Positions 8,415 to 17,074 of a stretch of 33,862 bases of DNA are shown here, piece by piece. A program made the position numbers and the translations under genes. Position 1 is the stretch's first letter. Each line of letters starts with the position of its first letter. The stretch lies in the NCBI GenBank assembly GCA_027047045.1, contig JALTWL010000301.1, forward strand, positions 1 through 33,862. The letters are read 5' to 3'. Source of the DNA: Micavibrio sp. GTDB taxonomy: Bacteria > Pseudomonadota > Alphaproteobacteria > Micavibrionales > CSBR16-224. Under the pieces are notes generated by a model. The model was not told the origin of the DNA, ran no database searches, and saw only the letters and a program-made list of their open reading frames with translations.

Positions 8415-10649
8415 TTACTCCATATCCTTGAGGTTGGCGGGGTGGTATTGTTTTTCTTGTAGAGCTTTTATAACCTCATCTCTTTTGCCATAATCAATTA
8501 TATGTCCCTTATCCATAAGGGCAAGTTTATCTATTAGCCCCAACAAAGTTGTTCTGTGAGTAATTAGTATAACTGTTTTATTTTTACAAATTTTAATCAG
8601 TTTTTTATAGAGTATTTTTTCTGACCTTGGGTCTATTGAGGCGGTCGGTTCATCTAAAATTAAAATTGGTGGGTCATACAATAATGCCCGTGCAATTGAA
8701 ATTGCTTGTCTTTGCCCACCAGATAAAAGCTCTCCTCTCTCACCAATATGGGTATCAAGTCCAGTTGCTGTGCCTTTCATAAATTCATTTATGCCAGATA
8801 ATTCTGCTGCTCTTAAAATAGCTTCTTCTGGCACTGCTTCATGCCCCATTATTATATTATCCCTAATTGTGCCATAAAACATATATGCATCTTGCTGAGC
8901 CACCCCAATATTGCGCCTAAGGTCGCCAAGCTCTATTTGTCTAACATCAAGCCCATCTATTTCAACCGAGCCCTCAGTTGGCTGATACAAATTAAGAATT
9001 AACCTTTCAAGCGTTGTTTTACCGCAACCAACCGCACCAATGATGCCTACTTTATCGCCCGCCATTATTTCCATATTCACCCTTTTAATAGTGTCGCTTT
9101 GTTGGCTGGGATACCTAAAAGATACATTTCTAAAATTTATATGGCCTTTTAGGGTAGGTTTTGAAACTAATGCTTTTCCAGCCTTACGTTCTACTGGTGA
9201 TGACATAAGCTTATCTAGTCTTTTTAGGGCTGTTTTTGACTGATTAAATTTAGTAATTATCTGAGCCAATTGTGCCAAAGGCGCAATTACTCGCCCAGAT
9301 AAAATGACGCATGCAATCAAAGCACCTGTTGTTATGCTTGCATCTGCAACTAAATAAGCCCCATATATAACCACAAATATTGAACAAAGCGCCGCAACAA
9401 ATCCTGTAAAGCTAACTGCCAAAGCAGATATATGACGTGACTTTACGCTTGTTAGGGAGGATTGTTCAACTATTTCTTCCCATTTTCTTTGGTTATGTCC
9501 TTCGGCTGCTTGTATTTTAATGGTTTCAAGCCCATTTAATGTTTCTATTAAAACGCTACTTTTAAATGCACCTTCCCGTGCATATTCGTCCATTATTTTT
9601 GCTAGTGGTTTTTGCAAAAAATAACCAAAGGCAAAAATAATTATCATTAAGCTAATTGGAACTATGACTAAAGGCCCGCCAATTAGCCATATTAAAAATA
9701 CAAATAGCAAAACAAAAGGCAAATCAACGATTGCCGCCACCGTTGCTGAGGTAAAAAAATCTCTAAGTGTCTCAAATTCCCGCATATTGTCCGCAAGCAT
9801 TCCAGAGCTTGGTGGACGGGCGCACATTTGCATATTTTGAATATGTTCAAATATCCTAGAAGATATTCTAATATCTGCTTTTCTACCTGCGGCATCTAAA
9901 AAATGAGCTCTTAGATTTTTTAAAATGAAATCAAATAACATAGCAACAATCGCCCCAATTCCCAGTACCCAAAGAGTATTAAAAGACTTATGAGGTAACA
10001 CTCTATCATAAACATTCATAATAAAAATCGGACTAACAAGGGCAAACATATTTATCAATAAGGCGGCAAGTACCACTTGTTTGTATAGGTTTGTGTGTTT
10101 TTTAATAGCACTCCAAAACCAATTTTTTTCTGCCTCTATTGCTTTTGGACCTGCACGATCATCAATATTTATCTTAGCGCTAACAAAAAAGCTATATCCT
10201 ATATATTTGCTTTCAAGTTCATCTTTGCTAAGAGTGATTTTTTTTTCTGCAGCCTCAGGAAAGGTAAGACTAGCCCCCGTATCTTCAGAAAATTCATGTA
10301 AAATACATGCATTTTTATCTTTTAATATCAATATACAAGGCAAACTTGGAGATTTTAATATATCACATAGCGGACGCCTTAACAATCTAGCCGACATATT
10401 AACCCGCTCTGCTGCCCTTATAAAAAGCCCAGGTGAAGCAAAGCCATCTTTAGAAAGAGGCAACCCAGCACTAATCGCTGCAATACTTGTTCTTCTACCG
10501 TTCATTTTGGCTAAAATAACCAAACATTCCAGCAGTGGGTCTTCTAAAGACAGTATAGCCGTTTCCGATGCCCAGCTAGAAAAACTTGCTTCAGCCTTAA
10601 TGGTGAATTCTTCCCCCCCCATATTACTTATATCGCTATTGCTTGACAA
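8415..10649 (-). CDS. type I secretion ABC permease/ATPase (LapB/LssB-like, C39-like domain)
   Basis: DPLLECL...AGLP N-domain, PIFIMNVYDRV, Walker A GAVGCGKTT, LSGGQRQ, ILILDEPT. The start may be ATG 10622. Confidence 0.95.
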   Translation of the reverse strand: MSSNSDISNMGGEEFTIKAEASFSSWASETAILSLEDPLLECLVILAKMNGRRTSIAAISAGLPLSKDGFASPGLFIRAAERVNMSARLLRRPLCDILKSPSLPCILILKDKNACILHEFSEDTGASLTFPEAAEKKITLSKDELESKYIGYSFFVSAKINIDDRAGPKAIEAEKNWFWSAIKKHTNLYKQVVLAALLINMFALVSPIFIMNVYDRVLPHKSFNTLWVLGIGAIVAMLFDFILKNLRAHFLDAAGRKADIRISSRIFEHIQNMQMCARPPSSGMLADNMREFETLRDFFTSATVAAIVDLPFVLLFVFLIWLIGGPLVIVPISLMIIIFAFGYFLQKPLAKIMDEYAREGAFKSSVLIETLNGLETIKIQAAEGHNQRKWEEIVEQSSLTSVKSRHISALAVSFTGFVAALCSIFVVIYGAYLVADASITTGALIACVILSGRVIAPLAQLAQIITKFNQSKTALKRLDKLMSSPVERKAGKALVSKPTLKGHINFRNVSFRYPSQQSDTIKRVNMEIMAGDKVGIIGAVGCGKTTLERLILNLYQPTEGSVEIDGLDVRQIELGDLRRNIGVAQQDAYMFYGTIRDNIIMGHEAVPEEAILRAAELSGINEFMKGTATGLDTHIGERGELLSGGQRQAISIARALLYDPPILILDEPTASIDPRSEKILYKKLIKICKNKTVILITHRTTLLGLIDKLALMDKGHIIDYGKRDEVIKALQEKQYHPANLKDME
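10613..10620 (-). repeat. G8 tract at the 5' end of the T1SS ABC gene
   Basis: C8 on the plus strand; ATGGGGGGGGAA on the coding strand. Confidence 0.85.
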
Positions 10650-12372
10650 TGAAACACCCCTCCCATTTAAGCGCTGTAATTTCTTTGCAAATATTTAACG
10701 CATCGCCTTTAGAAACAGGACCTGCTTGCACCCTAAAATAAGTACCTTTTTTCTTTAAATTTGCTTTTTGAATTCTTTTTGTTAGATTTTTAAGTAAATT
10801 AGAGTATCTCTTGTTAATTATAGATAATTTTTCCTCTGCCTCCAAGCTATCTTTATATGCCCCCAGTTGGATAAAATAATTTTTTGGACTAGAGCTCAAA
10901 TCTATAACTTTAGTTGCAGTTTTTTTATCTACTACTTTTATATAATCCTCAGATTTAGGCAAAGATAATTCTGCTTTTTTAGGGGCTTTTGCTGGAATTA
11001 ATTTTATTTCTGTGAAAATCGGGGCTTTTTGTGGTGGTTTTTCAACTATTATTTCTTGCAGGCTGGGGATTTTTATTTTTAGAATTTTAAGCAAATCACC
11101 CCTAAGTGCAATTAAGCGATAATCTGCAAATAGCTTGCTATAAAATACATTGGTTAAGTTGCTTTTTGATATAAATAATTCATTTTGAGTGTTAAGCAAA
11201 TCAAGCAAAGTTCTGCGATTTAATTTAAATTGGTCGTAATATACCTCTACTACCTTTTTATTGGCTTTAACTTGCTCTTTAAATTCGGCTAATTGTTTTA
11301 TTGCCGATTTTCTAGCTGCCCATGTACTTCTAATATCACGCTCTAAACTGCGAATAGCGGCGGCTTTATTATTTTGTGCGATATCTTTTTGATAAAAACT
11401 TTCTTTTATGCGAGCCTTATCCCTGCCACCACGAAATAAATTCCACCTCATCACCATTAGAGCTGAGCCTAAATCTTGCCCTCCTTCAATGCCACTTATA
11501 TCTTCCCCCTTTGTACCAGAAACTTGGAGTTCAACTGTTGGGAAATTTATCCCGTGCGAGCTTTTATAATCTGCCTCTGCTGCCTCTATATTATTGCTGA
11601 GCGATGAAATAGTGGGATTTTTTTCTTTTGCTTGCTCTATTAACTTGGATAATTTTTCAGGTATATAATCCTCCAAAGAATGAGGTATATACATATTCGT
11701 AGGTGGGGCTATACCAACAGTATTTTTATAATTTGCCTCAGCATCTGCTAGACTTTGTTTAACTGATTCAAAATTTGCCCTTGCACGCGCCACTCTTGAT
11801 ATTGCTTGCGCTAAATCACCTTTATTAAATTTACCTCCCCTAACTCCATCTTTAATTCTAGCTAACATATCTGTATGAGCCTTAATATTTTGTTTGGCAA
11901 TATTCAAAAGCTCTCTGCGTCTTAGGACGTTTAAGTAGCTGTTAGTTACACTCAAAGCAGTAAATTCACCTGCTTCAAATAATTTATAGTCTGCTGCTTT
12001 TGACAGTATTTTATCACGTTTTATATTATTTATTGTTGTCGCCCCGTCAAATAAAAGCTGAGTCATAGTCAAGGTTACTTTCCTTCTAAGCAATTCTTCA
12101 TCATTTATAACGGGAGTATCAGTAAATTCAAAACCGCTTTCTGCATTTAAGTCTAATGTAGGAAAAAAGGAAGATTTACTCTGTTTTAGGCGTTGTTCGG
12201 ATATAAGTTTTTGCTTAGCCACCGTGCTAAATTCAGGATTGGTTCTAAGGGTCAGTTCAATTGCCTTTTTTATTGTCAATCCCTGTCCTTCTTTTGGAGA
12301 AGAGTAAGCCCCCCCCCAAAAAAAAAGCCAAATTAAAACAACAAATACCAACAATATCGCAATTTTGCGCAT
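10636..12372 (-). CDS. TolC/LapE-family outer membrane channel with C-terminal SPOR domain
   Basis: Signal peptide, FFPTLDL, QLLFDG, FPTVEL, WNLFRGG, RTLLDLLN.QNE repeats, then a Pro/Lys linker and YFIQLGAY...YFRVQAGP...ICK...CFIV (SPOR pattern). Confidence 0.92.
   Translation of the reverse strand: MRKIAILLVFVVLIWLFFWGGAYSSPKEGQGLTIKKAIELTLRTNPEFSTVAKQKLISEQRLKQSKSSFFPTLDLNAESGFEFTDTPVINDEELLRRKVTLTMTQLLFDGATTINNIKRDKILSKAADYKLFEAGEFTALSVTNSYLNVLRRRELLNIAKQNIKAHTDMLARIKDGVRGGKFNKGDLAQAISRVARARANFESVKQSLADAEANYKNTVGIAPPTNMYIPHSLEDYIPEKLSKLIEQAKEKNPTISSLSNNIEAAEADYKSSHGINFPTVELQVSGTKGEDISGIEGGQDLGSALMVMRWNLFRGGRDKARIKESFYQKDIAQNNKAAAIRSLERDIRSTWAARKSAIKQLAEFKEQVKANKKVVEVYYDQFKLNRRTLLDLLNTQNELFISKSNLTNVFYSKLFADYRLIALRGDLLKILKIKIPSLQEIIVEKPPQKAPIFTEIKLIPAKAPKKAELSLPKSEDYIKVVDKKTATKVIDLSSSPKNYFIQLGAYKDSLEAEEKLSIINKRYSNLLKNLTKRIQKANLKKKGTYFRVQAGPVSKGDALNICKEITALKWEGCFIVKQ
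12309..12326 (-). repeat. T9G9 tandem homopolymer in the tolC signal-peptide coding region
   Basis: Plus strand C9 (12309-12317) followed by A9 (12318-12326). Confidence 0.9.
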
Positions 12373-12571
12373 AATTTTAACACTCTAATTTTTTAAATAA
12401 TTGCCCCTATTCTATCCTACTTTTTTACTAAATAACAATCTTTTAGTGGCTTAAATTTACACTTTTCTAACATTTATCATATAAAATTATATATAGGTAG
12501 AAATATGTCTGTTTTAGAAAATAATAGCATATTTGAATAGCCTGAGATAACTTACAATTAAGGGTTTTATA

Positions 12572-15500
12572 TTGGCTAATAGTTTTTACATTATAATTGA
12601 GGCGAGCTCAAATTATCTAAGCAATGCACCAATTTTAGAAATACTTATCAATGGTGCTGTTGTAAAGAGTGCAACTATTACTACCAAAACTGGTACTGGT
12701 AGTGATAATTTCACCTTTTTGCTTGATTATCCTATTTCCGACTTATCACCTTCATCTATTAGTTTTAGATTTAATGATAACTCTGTTGAAGGTGGACGCA
12801 ATATTACAATTGAAAATGTTAGGATAAATGGTCAGCTAATAGACAGTGCTGATTTATCACAACAGCAACTGTTACAAAATGATATATCAAACCTAAATAT
12901 ACCCAACAATGACCACCTATTCGGTAGAATAGACCCAACACAGGCAGATTTTGATCCAGTTACCATAACTGGCACAGCAGGCGATGATAAATTACAAGCA
13001 GGAATTGGTGATGATGTAATAGATGGTGGTGCAGGTAATGATAGAATACGTGGTGTTCATGACGATGATGCAATAGATGGTGGCGATGGCAATGATACAA
13101 TATTTGGAGAGGCAGGTAACGATATTGTAATTGGTGGTAACGGTAATGACTTAATATTTGGTAATGCTGGTGATGATATATTATTTGGACAGGCTGATAA
13201 TGATGTTTTACTTGGCGGTGCTGGCAACGATGTTCTAAATGGTGGGATTGGCAACGATAGTGCGATAGGCGGGGCTGGTGATGATATTATATTTGGTGAA
13301 GACGGAGATGATACTTTAGTTGGTGTATCAGGTAACGATATTTTATATGGCGATGCTGGCAATGATACGATTGCTGCAGGTACAGGTGATGATACTATGT
13401 ATGGTGGCGATGGTGCAGATGACATTATTGCAGCTAGCGGTAATGATGTTGCCTATGGCGGCATAGGAAATGATTTCATTACAGCTGATGCGGGCAATGA
13501 CTTTGTTGATGGTGGCGCAGATAATGATATGGTATATGGTGGCACAGGCAATGATCAATTAGAAGGTGGCACAGGTAATGACCAAGTTTTTGGTGATAGT
13601 GGTAACGATATCATTGATGGCGAAGATGGCAATGACTTAATTGTTGGTGGTGTTGGCTCTGATAATATTGCAGGTGGCGCAGGTGAAGACATAATTTATG
13701 GCAATGGGCTAGATTCTGTTACCATTTCTGCAATTCTTCGGAGCAATGCAGGACTTGTATATAGCGAATATACAAATAGCTTTTACAAGCTAGTAACTAA
13801 TGCTGTTGATTACTATACAGCCTCTAATGCAGCCAGTGTCTCACTTATCAATGGTGTTAAAGGTAGTATAGTTTCTATTACTAGCGCCGTTGAAAATTCT
13901 ATTGTCCAAAATATTGCTGCTGGCAATGAAATATGGTTAAGTGCAACGGATAGCTTTGCAGAAGGTGAGTGGCGTTGGCAGGGGGGAATAGAAGACAGTA
14001 AACAATTTTGGCAAGGTGATGGCTCTGGTGGTGCTGTTGGTAATATGTACAATAATTGGAATACTGGTGAACCTAACGATTGGGGAAGCGGTGAAGACAA
14101 TGCTGTAATGTATACAAATGGAACATGGAATGATTTAAACGGTATAACAAATAATAGGTTTTATGTAATAGAATGGGAAGCATCTTTATTTTCAGATGAC
14201 AATGCTACAGATTTTATAAATGGCGATGCTGGCAATGATATAATTTCTGGTGATGGAGGAAATGATACCATCTATGGTGGTTTGGGGGTTGATATAATAT
14301 ATGGTGGTTTAGGTGATGACACTATTTATGGGGCAGGCAAAACCAATTATACAAATCCAGAATTTCCTGATACATCTGCTCTATCATCTTATGGAGGTGG
14401 ACAAGATGCAGGTGGAAAAGTAGAAATTATAGATAATGGAGAAGGATTTTCACTAGAGGGCAATTTATGGAAAAAAATTCCCGTAAATTATAATGTAACC
14501 ACAGATACCATCTTAGAATTTGAATTTAAAAGCACAGGAGAAGCTGAAATAAGCGGAATTGGTTTTGATAATGATAATAGTATATCTTCAAGTGCAACAT
14601 TTAAGCTTTATGGAACTCAAAATTGGGGCATAAGTGATTTTGATAATTATAATGGCAGTGGTAATTGGCAGAGCTATTCTATAAATGTTGGTAATTATTA
14701 CACTGGAACATTTTCTGACTTATTTTTTATAAATGATGATGATGCCGGTGGTGTTAATAGTACAGATAATTCTTGGTTTAGAAATATTAAAATTTATGAT
14801 GCAACTGCAACTGATAGTGGTGCAAATACTCTTAACGGCAATGATGGTAATGATACTATTTATGGGGGCTCACAAGATGATATAATATATGGTGATGCTG
14901 GCAATGATACACTTAATGGTAATGATGGTAGAGATATAATATATGGTGATAGCATATCTAAAGTAGTTACTATGGAAGCTGGCGAAATTGCTGTTAGCCA
15001 ATCCAATTCTTCTCAATGGCACAGTATTAGCTTTAGCAGTAGCATTACCAGCCCAATAGTAAAAATGTTTGGACAAGATGTAACGGGCGACCCATTTACC
15101 TTGCGTGTTAGAAATGTAACTAATGGTGGATTTGAATTTCAAATAGATGAATATGACTACCAAGACGGCTCTACTGGTCTGGAAAATATATCTTGGTTTG
15201 CCGTTGCCAGTGGTAGCTACACATTAAGTAATGGTACAAAAATAGAAGCTGGTACAACAACACTAGAAAATGAAATTACTACCAACATATCTTTTAGCGA
15301 TAGTTTTTCTAGCCCTATAGTTTTCTCACAAGTGATGTCTGACAATGAAATGACTGCAGTTGTAACAAGAAATTCCAATGTAAATAGCAATGGTTTTAGA
15401 GTTAGAATGCAAGAAGAAGAAGCAAATCCAAATTTACATAGTCCAGAAACTGTTGGTTGGATTGCTATGGAGGCGGGAGGAACGGCGGCAAATGGTTTTT

Positions 15501-16957
15501 TAATCGGCGAAACAGGTAATAATGTAATACATGATAATTTCACTGTTAATTTTGATACCGCCTTTGATAGCACTCCAATTTTTGTAGCTGATATGCAAAC
15601 TATTGATGGGGGCGATACGGCAAATACAGCCGGTATTTCTATCTCAACGACATCGGCTGTGATATTGATAGATGAAGAAACCTCCAGAGATGCAGAAATT
15701 GGACATACAACAGAAAATGTCGGCTATATAGCCTTAAATGCTGGTACATATACGGCCATAAACGATACTGTAAATGGTAGTGATACAATTAAGGGGGGCT
15801 CAGGTAATGATATATTATACGCCGATAGCAAAGTTGATAGTTCAATATCAACAGGAAATACAGCAAACCCCCTATCAGGCTTGATAATGTCTGACAATGC
15901 AGATGCTTACTGGGATTTATCAGAAATTACAGGAACTACAGCGGATAATCAAGGAAGTTTAGGGGCATCTGTTGATGGAAGAATTTACGGCTCTCCCAAT
16001 ATGGGGGCAACTAAATTATATACATCTGGTAGTACATCAATTGAATTTGATGGTATAAATGATGGTATTAGAATACCAGATAGTGTCGGCATTAACACTG
16101 CTAGTAAATATCCAGAACGCACAGTAGAGCTAGTCTTTAATGCCGATGATATAGATACACGGCAAGTTTTATACGAAGAAGGAGGCACAGTAAATGGTTT
16201 TACAATATATATAGACGGTGGCAGAGTTTATGTTACAGGTGAGGATGATGGTAATTGGGTTGATGCAAATATCAATGCGGAAATATCTGTAAATACAACT
16301 TACCATGTAGCTTTTGTATTTGACCAACCCAATAATAGCTTTACAGGGTATCTTAACGGGGTGAATATTGGTTCTGTTAGTGTTGGCAATCAGCCATTTC
16401 CTTCCCATGGTGCAGATATAGGTATAGGATATGCTCCCGATGGAGTACAATTTGCTGATGGTGAAAGTGGTGGTGGTGTATTTTTCTATTTTGATGGTAA
16501 AATTTCAGATGTTGCTCTTTATAACCAAGCTCTAACACAAAGCCAAATACAAGAACGTGCCAATATTGTAAAAGATATTTTCCCACCCGCAAGACCAATT
16601 GATGATACAATATATGGTGGGGACGGTTTTGACCAAATGTATGGTGGAGATGGTGGACGCGATGTATTTGTCTTTGAATCAGTAAGTGCTTTTAATAATA
16701 TTGATCAAATCAATGGTTTTGATGTGACAGAACAAGATGCACTGGATATAACAGACATACTTACTGGTTACGATCCTATTGCTGATAGTATAGCTGATTT
16801 TGTTCAAATCACAGAAAATGCTGGAAATAGCATAGTTGCCATTGATGCAAATGGTACTGTTGGAGGTAGCAACTATACAGATATGGTTCAAATAAATGGT
16901 GTAACAGACTTAAATGTAGAGGTAATGGAAATAAATTATAACTTAATAACCTCATAA
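12572..16957 (+). CDS. RTX Ca-binding T1SS substrate, multi-lectin adhesin 1
   Basis: TTG start. N-terminal CBM60-like beta domain, many GGxGxDxLx repeats, C-type lectin with EPN/WND (~13750-14176), unassigned beta domain (~14380-14800), three H-type-lectin-like repeats (~14970-15745), LamG-like domain (~15880-16560), C-terminal T1SS target domain (I.GF...DALDITDIL). No signal peptide and no Cys seen. Confidence 0.9.
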   Translation: MANSFYIIIEASSNYLSNAPILEILINGAVVKSATITTKTGTGSDNFTFLLDYPISDLSPSSISFRFNDNSVEGGRNITIENVRINGQLIDSADLSQQQLLQNDISNLNIPNNDHLFGRIDPTQADFDPVTITGTAGDDKLQAGIGDDVIDGGAGNDRIRGVHDDDAIDGGDGNDTIFGEAGNDIVIGGNGNDLIFGNAGDDILFGQADNDVLLGGAGNDVLNGGIGNDSAIGGAGDDIIFGEDGDDTLVGVSGNDILYGDAGNDTIAAGTGDDTMYGGDGADDIIAASGNDVAYGGIGNDFITADAGNDFVDGGADNDMVYGGTGNDQLEGGTGNDQVFGDSGNDIIDGEDGNDLIVGGVGSDNIAGGAGEDIIYGNGLDSVTISAILRSNAGLVYSEYTNSFYKLVTNAVDYYTASNAASVSLINGVKGSIVSITSAVENSIVQNIAAGNEIWLSATDSFAEGEWRWQGGIEDSKQFWQGDGSGGAVGNMYNNWNTGEPNDWGSGEDNAVMYTNGTWNDLNGITNNRFYVIEWEASLFSDDNATDFINGDAGNDIISGDGGNDTIYGGLGVDIIYGGLGDDTIYGAGKTNYTNPEFPDTSALSSYGGGQDAGGKVEIIDNGEGFSLEGNLWKKIPVNYNVTTDTILEFEFKSTGEAEISGIGFDNDNSISSSATFKLYGTQNWGISDFDNYNGSGNWQSYSINVGNYYTGTFSDLFFINDDDAGGVNSTDNSWFRNIKIYDATATDSGANTLNGNDGNDTIYGGSQDDIIYGDAGNDTLNGNDGRDIIYGDSISKVVTMEAGEIAVSQSNSSQWHSISFSSSITSPIVKMFGQDVTGDPFTLRVRNVTNGGFEFQIDEYDYQDGSTGLENISWFAVASGSYTLSNGTKIEAGTTTLENEITTNISFSDSFSSPIVFSQVMSDNEMTAVVTRNSNVNSNGFRVRMQEEEANPNLHSPETVGWIAMEAGGTAANGFLIGETGNNVIHDNFTVNFDTAFDSTPIFVADMQTIDGGDTANTAGISISTTSAVILIDEETSRDAEIGHTTENVGYIALNAGTYTAINDTVNGSDTIKGGSGNDILYADSKVDSSISTGNTANPLSGLIMSDNADAYWDLSEITGTTADNQGSLGASVDGRIYGSPNMGATKLYTSGSTSIEFDGINDGIRIPDSVGINTASKYPERTVELVFNADDIDTRQVLYEEGGTVNGFTIYIDGGRVYVTGEDDGNWVDANINAEISVNTTYHVAFVFDQPNNSFTGYLNGVNIGSVSVGNQPFPSHGADIGIGYAPDGVQFADGESGGGVFFYFDGKISDVALYNQALTQSQIQERANIVKDIFPPARPIDDTIYGGDGFDQMYGGDGGRDVFVFESVSAFNNIDQINGFDVTEQDALDITDILTGYDPIADSIADFVQITENAGNSIVAIDANGTVGGSNYTDMVQINGVTDLNVEVMEINYNLITS

Positions 16958-17074
16958 CAATAACCTCTTAATATATGGTTGGTAATCATACAGTCTTATA
17001 ATTTTTTTAACTTTTCTAATGTAAAATTATAGTTAGATGGTTGTATCTTAAATTTTTAATAATAGATATTTTTT

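Noticed and set aside
12461-17031. Shared ACTTTTCTAA and TAAAATTATA words upstream of both RTX genes
   Set aside because: Spacing differs (11 versus 2 bp) and the words are AT-only or nearly so; they could be duplication relics or chance.
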